A stretch of DNA of 63,740 nucleotides, the filler included, from Octopus bimaculoides (lineage: Eukaryota), in NCBI RefSeq assembly GCF_001194135.2. It is 7 parts of 7 records of this genome, joined end to end, with 100 filler letters (N's around TTAATTAATTAA, not from the genome) between each part and the next. Parts side by side here need not be neighbours in the genome. Positions count along the whole stretch, not along the records: positions 6,239 to 27,024 come from NC_068990.1; positions 27,125 to 35,630 come from NC_068983.1; 5 more parts are not named here. One strand, 5' to 3'. Under the pieces are notes generated by a model. The model was not told where the DNA came from. It saw nothing but the letters and a program-made list of their open reading frames with translations, and did no database searches. Of this stretch, positions 23,348-35,246 are shown piece after piece. How positions within the stretch are numbered: position 1 is the stretch's first letter; every line of letters begins with the position of its first letter. The translations under genes were made by a program, and so were the position numbers.

Positions 23348-24589
23348 ATTTAATCAGCGGCTGCTAAGCTGAATGACAGGAACTGTGAAACCAAGCATCA
23401 TCATAAATAAAAACCTTTTTATTATGTTGTTAATTGTTCTAATGTCTCTTCATATATAATGCTGTTGAAAGGTGATAGAGAGAGACTAAAGTCTCTATGC
23501 CAACTATGACAACTATCAAACTATTTACAAGTATTAAAAAAATTATTAAAGATTTGTATAGAACTACATTCAGAGTATGTCTATAAGCTATTGTGTTTAG
23601 ACCTGGTTTCTATCCTCAAACTGTTCCGTTTTGTAGATGCAATTAGAAAAATCAAAAATCTGCAGCAATCTCGGTCCCAGTGTAAAGAAACTGATTGTAG
23701 TGGTCGTAGTTTTGACGGTGGTTGTGGTCATCGTAGTTTTGACGGTGGTTGTGGTGAAAACAGATACAGTGTTGATGGTGACAATGGTCGAGATAAGTAT
23801 GGGAGGGGGATAAAATAGTATCGGTGGTTACATTGGCGACAGGAGCGGTGTGATGGTGGTAATAATGGTGTTCATGATAGTGTTAGTTGTGTGATGGTGG
23901 TATTGTAGTGGTTATACTGGTTGTGGTGATGAAAGTGACCGAGTTTTTTTTTTTTTCTACCAAGGAGGTTATGTTTTTACCGGCGTTGGTTTGGGGAATT
24001 GGGCGATTTTCAGCATGCGTGTATATGGGTAGAAATGAGCTGCTTGGTGGAGGTCTGCGCTCTCCGAGTGCTTTTCTAGTTTGATTTACTTTTCACAGAA
24101 TTTTTTTATAGTAATTTTTATTTTGTTACCAAGAGTACATTGATGCGAATGTAAATCTACTTTGATATTCGAAATTTCGGAATTTCGCTGAAATGTGTAT
24201 AACCGGAGCTAATAAGAACACTTGATCATATAGCTCATAATAGTGGTGACCAAACTGCGGTCTGCGAGGCTTTATAAATGACACGCCTAGTTGACCCTAT
24301 CATACAGGACCAAAAGAACAAAAAATCAACACATTTTACAAATGTTTAAAATTACAAAGGTTGATTTATATGCAATGAGTTACGAGCATACAGAGAAGCA
24401 ATCAGAGCGTGATATTCAAGACGATCCCAGAAATGTCCACATTAATGAAAAATACTCTGCATACCAACTAGAGGTCTTGTAAGATTTATCTATCTCATTC
24501 ATCTGGAAAACTGATATCAACGAATAGTATAGATATACTTCCCTAATGTAGAGAAACAGAGAAAGCTTACACATGTCTAAACAAACAAA

Positions 24590-24982
24590 CATCATGATAA
24601 TGCGTGACCATCAGACAATTAGCAAATTTGGTTGGTCGGTGGTCCCCCATCCAAATCTGACGCTCTTCGACTTTCACAAGTTCCACAGAATGAAAAACAT
24701 AATTCGGGGATAAACGATTTGATGGCACGGACGAGATGAAAGTGATTGTAAAAAAGTGTATACAGCAGAGCCACACTTGGATTTTCTCAAACAAGATTCG
24801 CGAGTTGGGTTTAATGACAGTGAATGCATGGCTTGTGATGAAGATTATGTTTAATACCTTTGTATTGGAGTTGAGTTACAGAGCTACTCTATCAAGATGT
24901 GCAAAGTGAACGACCTATATCCCTTAATAAAAAAGTTACGCACGCCCCTACCCATGTTCTATTACTTTCGGTAATACTTACG
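24590..24982 (+). mobile_element. Mariner transposase C-terminal relic with probable right end
   Basis: HHDNA*P...ISKFGWSVVPHP..NLTLFDFHKFHRMKNIIRG..RFDGTDEMKVIVKKCI...CDEDYV matches the mariner HHDNARPH / PHPPYSPDLAPSDF region. Confidence 0.7.
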
Positions 24983-25443
24983 TGTGTGTGTGTGTTCAAA
25001 ACATGAGATATTGTTTATTGCTTTATTTCCTACGTGTACTGTGCTATACTAAAACTCTGCGTTCATACTAAATGATACAAGGACAATAACACGAACGGGA
25101 ATACACTTCCTGAATTCTATTTATTTGTTCTACAATTTAAGCTTTAAATCGCACCAGATAACTATAATTGTGTGTGTGTACGTATCGCTGTTCATTAACT
25201 GCCCCGGACTTCGACGTCTCCTAACATTCTGTCTTTACTGCCTGCTGGTATGCGCAGGTATCATCTGGAATGTTAGGGAGTGTAGCATGTCAGGAAAGCT
25301 ATTTCAGTTGTCACGTCGTAGCACAGTTGTGCTATGGCATTTCACATCGTCATAGTTATTTATTTTTTTCTTCTTTTACATTGAACCTGTTGTCAAGGAA
25401 CATGCTATGTCGATTATTATACATGTTCTTTCTTTTTTATTCA

Positions 25444-25825
25444 TCACAACACTGTCCAGTTTCCGATGTCTGGTTGAGTGACACTGTCCGGTTTCCGATG
25501 TCTGGTTGGGTGATTGCACAGGATCATTACACCCCACAGGATTTTGCAGTTCCTATTTTCGGTAACTCCTACTGGAATTTGCTCACACCCCGACTTCGCT
25601 CTTTGTAGGCCGTGATTTCCACAGAGCTCCCAATGGATCATTCTTGCCAGATTGTCATAGCGCCGTTTGTATTCGCGTTGTGCCAATTTCGGGCACTCGC
25701 TAACGATGTACCATACCGTTTCACCCCTCTCACCACACATTTTGCATTTGTCGCTATCGGTAGTGTCCTTAACGCTTGTTCCTGAGCTGCACATATGAAT
25801 GCTTCTGTCTCTATCTTCAGGCCAC
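25444..25825 (-). mobile_element. RLE-type non-LTR retrotransposon fragment (R4/Dong/HERO-like), element A
   Basis: LKIETEAFICAAQEQALRT, then CKMCGERGETVWYIVSECPKLAQREYKRRYDNLARMIHWELC (zinc knuckle) and ..RHRKPD. Confidence 0.8.
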
Positions 25826-25879
25826 TCCTCCTCCTCCACCTCCTCCTCCTCCTCATCATCATCATCATTATTGTTATTA

Positions 25880-26735
25880 TCAATGTTTGACTTTTTGCTT
25901 TGTATTTGTACAAGTTGACTCCAAGTTTCACCCAGTGGCCTCAAGAGACAAGTTAGACGTTGAAGTTGGTGTTATGACTAAGGTGCCATATATTTGGTTT
26001 TGCACAGAGTATTGTCCTATAGAGTATCTGTCAAAACAAGTAAATTAGAAGTTTGTTTTAAAAGTTATTTGAGCATAAGATAATAGTCTGATGTTAAGGT
26101 GACAGTAAAAGCTGTTTGCTGTTATGTACATTTAAAAGTATTTTGGCACTGTTTACGGATTTAAATATTTTAGGGATTACATAGACAATATTTTACGTAG
26201 GATATTAGCACCCATGAGTACTATTTTCTTAATTTCTTCCATTTGGGGATTTCCTGATATCCGAGCTAGGTAGGAATCAGCCCTTTTGCTATCATTCCTA
26301 GGGCACTTATGACAACAGGTCTTGAGGTTCTACATTTTGCCAATTTCTATTTCAAGATCTTCATACTTGCTCAGTTTTTGGTAGGTCTTGACAGATACAT
26401 TTATGTCAATTGGAACAGTCATATCAATGAGGTGGCATGATTTTTGTCTGAAATCTTTCAATATAATGTCTGGCCTATCCGCATCTATCTTTCTGTTAGT
26501 TTGAACGGTGAAGTTCCAGAGGAGCGAGATGTGATCATTTTCAAGCACTGGAGGTGGTTCGTGTTCCCACCAGTTTTTATCATGGGGCAAGTCCAAGTTT
26601 TTGCAAATTACCCAGTGAATATACTGTGCTGCTCTATTATGCCTGTTGAAATACTCTGTAGGTGCAAGAAGGTTGCACATGGAGACAACATGATCAATGG
26701 TTTCATTTTGTTGTTTACATACATATATTGGGCCT
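25880..26735 (-). mobile_element. RLE-type non-LTR retrotransposon 3' fragment, element B
   Basis: ETIDHVVSMCNLLAPTEYFNRHNRAAQYIHW...DADRPDIILKDFRQKSCHLIDMTVPIDINVSVKTYQKLSKYEDLEIEI; 3' UTR and triplet tail at ~25825-25880; homologous to 50520-51170. Confidence 0.9.
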
Positions 26736-26754
26736 GGTTTATTATTATTATTAT

Positions 26755-27024
26755 TCAGTAGTTTTATTTTTATAACGTGCTTTCACTTCACTACCGAGCG
26801 CAGCTCTGTGCGCCTTGGGTATGTGCTGTGGTTTGCTGTGGTGCTCTTATGTTTACTGTATTGAAAGTGTTTTGCGTAGGATGTGTGCAGTACCCAGTAG
26901 TGCAATTTTCTGTATGTTATATATATTTGTAAGTCCTGCTATTTTTGTTATGTATTTGTCTGAATATTTTTTTTATTATACCTAAGGCACCTACTATGAT
27001 AGGAATTGTTTCTGTTTTTAGATT
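26755..27024 (-). mobile_element. RLE-type non-LTR retrotransposon extreme 3' end, element C
   Basis: NLKTETIPIIVGALGIIKKYSDKYITKIAGLTNIYNIQKIALLGTAHILRKTLSIQ*, followed by 3' UTR and (AAT)n at ~26738-26754. Confidence 0.85.
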
Positions 27025-27124
27025 NNNNNNNNNNNNNNNNNNNNNNNNNNNNNNNNNNNNNNNNNNNNTTAATTAATTAANNNNNNNNNNNNNNNNNNNN
27101 NNNNNNNNNNNNNNNNNNNNNNNN

Positions 27125-27173
<49 letters not shown>

Positions 27174-27329
27174 TATACATACTGTGTATATATATATATA
27201 TATACTAAGCGAACCGCAATACTCTCCTATATACATATATAGTCACATACGTACACACGAATAACTATTTTTTTCTCCGTATTTCTTATCCAAGAGGCAA
27301 GAAGGTATCATCGTCTCTGTTCTATAAAA

Positions 27330-27500
27330 CAATAAATAAAATAATGATAATAATGATAATATAAAATCCTTTTCGAAGGCAACGACAGACATGCAAAAGG
27401 CTGACGGCTTTGATCAATCCGTCAGATGTCATCACCTCTGCAAGTGTATTATCGATAAGCCAAGAATGATGCTGGCAACATTCAACACCTCAGGTGGAAA
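27330..27500 (-). mobile_element. Very old LINE RT relic
   Basis: LIDNTLAEVMTSDGLIKAVSLL...LFIVL loosely matches the RTE-type LYxNTxAxVxTPDGxT..GVLQGDTLAPYLFIIVLDY region. Confidence 0.35.
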
Positions 27501-27640
27501 GGTTGTTAACGATTATTGTCGGTGAGCGTTCAAACAATTTATAAAAAACGGTGACGCGGGTCGATGTGGAGGGTGAAAATTTGGATTTGTGAACGGTAGG
27601 ACACTGAGGATACGTATATATTCTCGGTTTAAGGTGTATG

Positions 27641-27673
<33 letters not shown>

Positions 27674-28552
27674 GTAAGTGTGTATGTATGTATGTATGTA
27701 TGTGTAGGTGTGTATGTAGGTATGTGTGTATGTATGTATGTATGCATGCATGTATGTATGTATGTATGTATGTTTGTATGTATGTATGTGTGTGCAGGTG
27801 TGTGTGTATGCATGTATGTATGTATGTATTTATGTGTGTATGTATGTATGTATGTATGTATGTATGTATGCATGCACGTATGTATGGACGTATGTGCGTA
27901 TGTATATAAGCATATATGTATGTATGCATGTATGCATATGTAGGTATAGGTGTGTATGTATGTTTAGATGTATGTATGCCATTATTCACTTTTATTTCAA
28001 GATTTCTTACCAATAGGGAAAGAACTGGTTTCTAACCTAGATCCAAGGCTCCCTCATTGGAATTTCAACATCAACAACAAGGTATTTTTGTATGTATGTA
28101 TGTATGTATGTATGTGTGCAGATTTGTACGTTTTGTTTTATGTATGTATTCTCATGCATATAGTTGCACATCTAGACATTCTCGTGTATATTTAAATGAT
28201 AAATTTCATACCTGACGACCTAATACAAATATTTAAAACACTGAAATATATAAAAAAAATATATTAAAAAATATCATTGGAAAAACTCCCAACGACGATA
28301 CTGGACCATCCAGCCATTGGATGATTCACTCAGGGAAGATCAGCTGCCACAAACTCAATCATAGACCAACTTCCGGCCATAAAGTGACAACAAAACTGAT
28401 AGAAAATAAATTAAGGCGGTGCTCCAGCATGGCCGCAATCCTATGACTGGAACCCTTAACAGAATAAAAGAATGTATGTGTGTGTGTTTGAATGGCATAC
28501 AGATGAGTAAATAGCTGTATGTATATATGTATGCATGCGCGTATGAGCATGG

Positions 28553-28731
28553 AAGTAAGAGAAAGTTGTTGTGGAAGAGTACAGCAGGGTTCACCACCAT
28601 CCCCTGTCGGAGCCTCGTGGGGCTTTAGGTGTTTTCGCTCAATAAACACTCACAACGCCCGGTCTGGGAATCGAAACCGCGATCCTATGACCGCGAGTCC
28701 GCTGCCCTAACCACTGGGCCATTGCGCCTCC
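28553..28731 (-). mobile_element. SINE family A, 5' half with tRNA-like head
   Basis: Minus strand GGAGGCGCAATGGCCCAGTGGTTAGGGCAGCGGACTCGCGGTCATAGGATCGCGGTTTCGATTCCC with A and B boxes. Confidence 0.85.
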
Positions 28732-30168
28732 GCCCTACATATGTATCTACATACAAATATACACTACTCGTGCATACATACAAACACACACACACAAATG
28801 CATAGTAATGCACAGGAAATCGAAACCGTATCGTGAAGAACTGACTGGAACACGGACAAAAGCTCTACCTCGATCACAAATGAATGTCAGTAGAAAGCTG
28901 AGAAAAAAAAACAAAAAAAAACGCCCAAGCCGAAAAATAACTCACACTACACCCCCNNNNNNNNNNNNNNNNNNNNNNNNNNNNNNNNNNNNNNNNNNNN
29001 NNNNNNNNNNNNNNNNNNNNNNNNNNNNNNNNNNNNNNNNNNNNNNNNNNNNNNNNNNNNNNNNNNNNNNNNNNNNNNNNNNNNNNNNNNNNNNNNNNNN
29101 NNNNNNNNNNNNNNNNNNNNNNNNNNNNNNNNNNNNNNNNNNNNCCCCCCCCCAGAACAAGTAAACAAGCAAGGAAAAGAAGATCGAAAAAATATAAGAC
29201 AAACACATTCTCTGCCGTCGCTGTCGCCTTTTCCTTCGGTGTCACTCTTAACATCCTGAATGCATGATCGGAGAGAAAGACACTAAGACCAAATGTACAT
29301 ATTTAACCATCTCTGTAGACTGTTACATTCCCCCCCCCCTCTCTTATCTCAACATTATATATGCTGGTTGTGTTATCGTGTGTGTTTAATAAACTTTACA
29401 GCACTGCTAAGAAAAAAATTTAATGCATGTACCACACATATGGCGATGCTAATGAAAACCCCCTCTTGAATTTATTTTATTCTGTTCTTTATATATATAT
29501 TTGCGGGGCGTTTGTCATTGTCTTCTTTTCTTGTCCACACAATACTTCCTTCTTCCGATCTTACCCACGCCAACCTTGAAAGAACACAGCTTGTCCGTCA
29601 ACAATAAGAGTATAAAGCTACGTGCGTCCAGCTTGATTATGTTGGGGGGCCGCCTGACGTCTTGATCAAACCAACTTGGTTACCGGTCTATCAGAGTTTA
29701 TCGACATTTTCTACCAGCCTGGAAATACTGACAAACCAGCGAAACACTAAGACACTGAACCGCAGAAATGTATAAGACAGCACGTTCTGAGTTTCCTGCA
29801 TAAACATTTTTAAAAACTATAGAAAGGAATTTAACATGAAATCTAGCAGTTAATCCCGTGATTAACAGATACGGTTTCGATTGGATGGCTGGACTGGTTG
29901 ATAGTGTTGGTAGTCGTAATATCTTGTATTTTCCAGCTGGGAAAACAGAGGTCTTGTTTGTCACACTGCAATAAGTAATCGTGCATGGATGCATGTGGAG
30001 AATTAACTGACAAGTGATATCCAGAAGAATAGAGCACAAGAAATTCCAAACACACAGTTTTCGGTGATGTCACAGCATCGGTGAGGATGATGCCGACGAT
30101 TGTTATGGCGACGATGACATCGACGACGCAGATGATGATGATGATGATGAGAATGATGAGAACGATGG

Positions 30169-30216
<48 letters not shown>

Positions 30217-30327
30217 GAATGATGAGAATGATGGTGGATGATGATGATGGTAAGAATGATGATGATGATGGTGGTGGTGGTGATGATAATGATGTTTGTT
30301 TGTGCGCGCGCGCGTGTGCCCGGGTTC

Positions 30328-30367
<40 letters not shown>

Positions 30368-31611
30368 TTGTGTGTGTGTGTGTGTGTGTCCGCGCGCACC
30401 TCGATATTGAAGTGAAGGCAGATAGTACGAAGTAGAGTTAAACAACAGAACTAAACACCACTCAACGTTTAACATCCGTCTACACTCTACATTATACACA
30501 ATACATTATACACACCGTAAAACCTCTTGCCTCACTCAATAGTTTTCCACACTATCCCCGCGTATATTTATTTGCTTCTCAAAAAAATTAGCAGAAAGAA
30601 AGAAAAACGTCGGTCAATCGTCAACGGGTCGACAGATGGATGGGACAGCGATTTTAATGGAGGCTGTGTTTAAAATAGCATTTTTTGATCGATAAGAGCA
30701 CGGGGGAAAATAGAGTTGAGTGATGACACAGTCTAATATTGATTTGTCAATTTATAGGGTAAAAAATAAAGCCGCAGGCCAATGTAAGGACTAAGTGACG
30801 ACTCAATGTAATAATGGTTTCTTAATTACGCTTGTAAAAGAAAGTGTGTGACTGGCCCCAAGACAAAATGCGTTAAGCCTCCGGCATGACACGATCTTAG
30901 GTGTGATCTGTGAATCAACAAACAGCAGTTCAATGCTTTTTTTTTTTTTTTGTGGTTTTGTTGTTGTTGTTTTTGTTTTATTCGTTCATTTCGTCTGTGT
31001 TAGTAAAAATATGAAATTGTGGTGGTTGTACAGTGGAGAAGCGTGGTGGATAAGCATTCAGAAAAAAAAAAAGCTAAGTACCCGATGAAGAAGAGAAAAG
31101 TGATAAATAGCCGGTTGAGAAGTGCAAGATGTAAATGCCTGGTGGAGAAGAGCAAGAGATAAACAATTCGGCAGAGAAGAGCAGGAGGTAAGTACCCGGA
31201 AAGAGAGAGGGAGAGAGAAAGAGGGGAGAAGTACCCGGTGGCGAAAAACTAGAGCTAAGAACACAACAGACAAGAGCAAGCGATAACCATCAAGTAGAGT
31301 GAGAGAGAGAGAGAGGGGGGGGGAGGACTCGGTGGAGCAAAGTAAGGGTTGAGCACCCGGTAGAACAATACACAGATGTAAAACCAAAGCAAGGGGGCAG
31401 CTCCCTGTGTACCTTGGGTACATATAGCACCGTGTTTTAATTTTTACATCTCCTTCTGAACTGAAAGTATTCTATGTAATATACAGAATACACTGCTTTC
31501 ATGCTTTAGGACTCGATAAAATAAAGTAACAAGCAAATGCTGGAATTGATGTAATTGTCTAACTCACTTCCCTAAAAATTATTGGCCCGGTGCCAAAAAA
31601 TTAGAAAGAAC

Positions 31612-31660
<49 letters not shown>

Positions 31661-31664
31661 TTTA

Positions 31665-32695
31665 TTATTTCTGGTCGGGAACTATCATGGACAATTTCCA
31701 GATGTCTTTGGCCTGGCAGTGCTACTGGAAGGCACTACTACCGGTTCGAGATAAACTCTACAGGCACGGATGTGCTGTCAGACGGACTTGTCCAAGTGAC
31801 GAAACCGTTCTGCACGCCCTCGTTCAGTGTCCAGGCTTTGTTGACTTGTGGGGTCATGACGAACAGCTGCTATCACGTGTGGGACACGGTCGGCCGAGCC
31901 TGTAGTGGTGATCGCACCACCGCTCTCCTTCAATCAGGCAGGCAAGGCAGTTTTCCATTGCCTGGTTGGTGGCTGTTGCGAAAGAGGTTGTTTGGTGGGC
32001 AAGGATGATAGGCATGAGGACAGATACATTTCTCTTTGATAGAACTCTCATTGACTTTTTCAAGTGTCACTTGAAAAGGAAATTGAGAGTGGAGTGGGAA
32101 GTGCTCTCATCGAGTGAGTTTATTGAAAGGTGGGTGAAAGTTGTGAAAATGGCAAGAGTGGATGGTACCTTTCTGTCACTTGAAAAGGAAATTGAGAGTG
32201 GAGTGGGAAGTGCTCTCATCGAGTGAGTTTATTGAAAGGTGGGTGAAAGTTGTGAAAATGGCAAGAATGGTTGGTACCTCTCTGTCACTTGAAAAGGAAA
32301 TTGAGAGTGGAGTGGGAAGTGCTCTCATCGAGTGAGTTTATTGAAAGGGAGGTGAAAGTTGTGAAAATGACAAGAGTGGATGGTACCTCTCTAAGTGTAG
32401 ACCTGTCAGTCGGAGAGAAGGAATTGGAGAGGGCATTTGCTCCTGGGGTTTCGAGGAAGTCTCGGACAGTGGGGTTCCTCGATTATCCTTAGAGGCCTTC
32501 CTGTATCAGGAGGGCCACATCTCTATCATCTTCCCCGCCACTTTTTTTTAAACCTTTGTATGTTATGCATGTCCCTTGTTTTTCAGTGTATACCGTGTAT
32601 AGTTACATTTTATTATATCTACCCCCCCCCACACACACACTTTATGTCTGTCTCTGTATTGTCCACCTCATCCTTCGCCCTTGTGGAAAATACAT

Positions 32696-32700
<5 letters not shown>
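31665..32700 (+). mobile_element. Tx1/L1-like LINE 3' end with 3' UTR and (CAT/TAT)n tail
   Basis: AWQCYWKALLPVRDKLYRHG...TCPSDETVLHALVQCP (C-terminal zinc-finger remnant), VAVAKEVVWWAR...FKCHLKRKLRVEWEVLSSSEFIERW. Confidence 0.75.
32065..32391 (+). repeat. Three tandem copies of a 109-bp unit at the LINE ORF end
   Basis: TGTCACTTGAAAAGGAAATTGAGAGTGG starts at 32065, 32174 and 32283. Confidence 0.95.
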
Positions 32701-32763
<63 letters not shown>

Positions 32764-32799
32764 NNNNNNNNNNCATCATCATCATCATCATCATCATCA

Positions 32800-32840
<41 letters not shown>

Positions 32841-33532
32841 TCTTGATTTGTCAGGAAGCCTTAGGCTATGAAAAACTTTAGTATTTTGCCCTATGGAGTT
32901 GGCCGTTTCTCCTGCACCAGAAACATAAGTTATTTATACATATGACGGCTGAAGCCTTAGGTAAATAGAAGGACAGCGTTTGTGTATACTGAACGGCATA
33001 ATATTAAATCTCAGCGGGACACGAACAGACAGAATCAAGTTCCCTCCTCTTCCATCATAGCTATGAGTGAGTGTGGTTGTGTGTGTGTGTGTGTGTGTNN
33101 NNNNNNNNNNNNNNNNNNNNNNNNNNNNNNNNNNNNNNNNNNNNNNNNNNNNNNNNNNNNNNNNNNNNNNNNNNNNNNGTGTGTGTGTGTGTGCGCGCGC
33201 GTGTGTGTCCATTCATTGAAGCGTTTTATTTGAATGAAATAGAGTTGTTTACCAGGCACTTTTGTTAGAATTTAAACAACGACAAACCGTTTGTGTACGT
33301 ACGCACCTATTCATGCATGCATATGTGTATATATGCATGTCGATTTATATGTGCGTGTGTATGTGTGTGTATGCATCTGCTTATAAGCACATATAAATGT
33401 ATTTAGATATGTTTATGTATATACGCATGTATTAATGTGCTCATGTTTGAAGTTACAATGTACTCGTACAAATGAAGCCATATGTATCCGTCTTTGCCGC
33501 TATGTATGTATGCATTTTTGTATGTATGTATG

Positions 33533-33566
<34 letters not shown>

Positions 33567-33875
33567 TGTATGTATGTATGTATGTATGTACGTATCCATG
33601 CACGTGTGTATACATGCGTGTATATATGCATAAAAAACCCTCGATCGAACAACACCGTTTACAAGGCTCTATGCTTGGAATGACCAAATATAACTACCAT
33701 TGGAACTCACACACAAGGTACAGGAAACTTCACGACTTATATACACCATTCTACTTGAATAATGGAACTGCAAATACTATATCCTTATGTATCTCACTTC
33801 TATATTCATTCTCTTACTTCCCTATTTATTTCATATCTTCCCTACAATAATTAAAACTCAAACTTTTTCTCGCAG

Positions 33876-33924
33876 CGTCTCTGATGAAGGGATATATAAA
33901 ATATCCCGGGAACAGCTGTAAGAC
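33876..33924 (+). ncRNA. Minimal type I hammerhead motif in a Penelope pseudo-LTR fragment (~33635-33990)
   Basis: GUCU-CUGAUGA-A-GGGAUAU(AUAAA)AUAUCCC-G-GGAA-C, palindromic ACAGCUGU, A, AGAC; one core substitution (GAAA to GGAA). Confidence 0.7.
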
Positions 33925-34072
33925 CTTTTCTTTATAAATGTTTTGAAAACTATTTCAGCCTTGGATTTTTTATGTACATACAGTTAATCCAAAGATGAAG
34001 AAAAAAGAAACAATAACGCGAGGATGTGGGACATGCAAAATATTAAAAGACGCTAGGGAAGGAAAGAAAGGG

Positions 34073-34109
34073 TGTTTTACGTTTCGAGCAAATCTCTTCT
34101 TCAGAAACA
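34073..34109 (-). ncRNA. Minimal type I hammerhead motif with intact core
   Basis: UGUUU-CUGAAGA-A-GAG(AUUUG)CUC-GAAAC-GUA-AAACA; 5-bp stem I, ACGU palindrome. Confidence 0.75.
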
Positions 34110-34209
34110 GGAGACAGAGGAAAGTCCAAGAGAAAAGGAAGACGGAGGAAAAATTCGCCAACAATCCACACATATATGTATTACATATATAAATATGCAA
34201 AAATATATA

Positions 34210-34251
<42 letters not shown>

Positions 34252-35033
34252 NNNNNNNNNNNNNNNNNNNNNNNNNNNNNNNNNNNNNNNNNNNNNNNNN
34301 NNNNNNNNNNNNNNNNNNNNNNNNNNNNNNNNNNNNNNNNNNNNNNNNNNNNNNNNNNNNNNNNNNNNNNNNNNNNNNNNNNNNNNNNNNNNNNNNNNNN
34401 NNNNNNNNNNNNNNNNNNNNNNNNNNNNNNNNNNNNNNNNNNNNNNNNNNNNNNNNNNNNNNNNNNNNNNNNNNNNNNNNNNNNNNNNNNNNNNNNNNNN
34501 NNNNNNNNNNNNNNNNNNNNNNNNNNNNNNNNNNNNNNNNNNNNNNNNNNNNNNNNNNNNNNNNNNNNNNNNNNNNNNNNNNNNNNNNNNNNNNNNNNNN
34601 NNNNNNNNNNNNNNNNNNNNNNNNNNNNNNNNNNNNNNNNNNNNNNNNNNNNNNNNNNNNNNNNNNNNNNNNNNNNNNNNNNNNNNNNNNNNNNNNNNNN
34701 NNNNNNNNNNNNNNNNNNNNNNNNNNNNNNNNNNNNNNNNNNNNNNNNNNNNNNNNNNNNNNNNNNNNNNNNNNNNNNNNNNNNNNNNNNNNNNNNNNNN
34801 NNNNNNNNNNNNNNNNNNNNNNNNNNNNNNNNNNNNNNNNNNNNNNNNNNNNNNNNNNNNNNNNNNNNNNNNNNNNNNNNNNNNNNNNNNNNNNNNNNNN
34901 NNNNNNNNNNNNNNNNNNNNNNNNNNNNNNNNNNNNNNNNNNNNNCAAAGCGGGCACTTTTTTGTCCCATTATTGTATAGCTCGAATCGTTCTATGATGC
35001 TCCGCTAAATGGTCGTGAATTAAAAACCTCATT

Positions 35034-35152
35034 GTGGATATGCGGTATGAAGCTTGCTTCCCACATGGTTCCAGGTTCAGTCCCATTGCGTGGAACTTTG
35101 GGCAAGTGCCTTCTATTATGGCCTCGGGCCGACCAAAGCCTTGTGAGTGAAT
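35034..35152 (+). mobile_element. SINE family B
   Basis: GGTTCAGTCCCATTGCGTGGAACTTTGGGCAAGTG...GGGCCGACCAAAGCCTTGTGAGTG. Confidence 0.8.
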
Positions 35153-35210
35153 ATAAAATCGTTGGCGATATCTTTTTTCCTCCGTCTTCCTTTTCTATTG
35201 AACTTTCTTC

Positions 35211-35246
35211 TGTTTCTGAAGAAGAGCTTTGCTTGAAACATAAAAC
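35211..35246 (+). ncRNA. Hammerhead motif of the same family as 34073-34109, cleavage triplet mutated
   Basis: UGUUU-CUGAAGA-A-GAGC(UUU)GCUU-GAAAC-AUA-AAAC; GUA to AUA is consistent with CpG decay. Confidence 0.6.

Noticed and set aside
27490-28016. His/Thr/Tyr/Ile- or Met/Tyr/Val/Cys-rich ORFs, here and throughout the window
   Set aside because: Translations of (CA)n, (TACA)n and (TG)n microsatellites.
28660-28731. tRNA-like sequence with A and B boxes (also at 15633 and 40500-40572)
   Set aside because: It is the head of a SINE continuing into a repeat body, with no proper acceptor stem; not a tRNA gene.
30081-30435. Poly-Met, poly-Asp, poly-His and poly-Ser ORFs
   Set aside because: (GAT)n and (GT)n microsatellite; no flanking coding signal.
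32065-32391. Regularly spaced repeats as a possible CRISPR-like array
   Set aside because: The units are contiguous 109-bp copies with no unique spacers and lie within a eukaryotic LINE.
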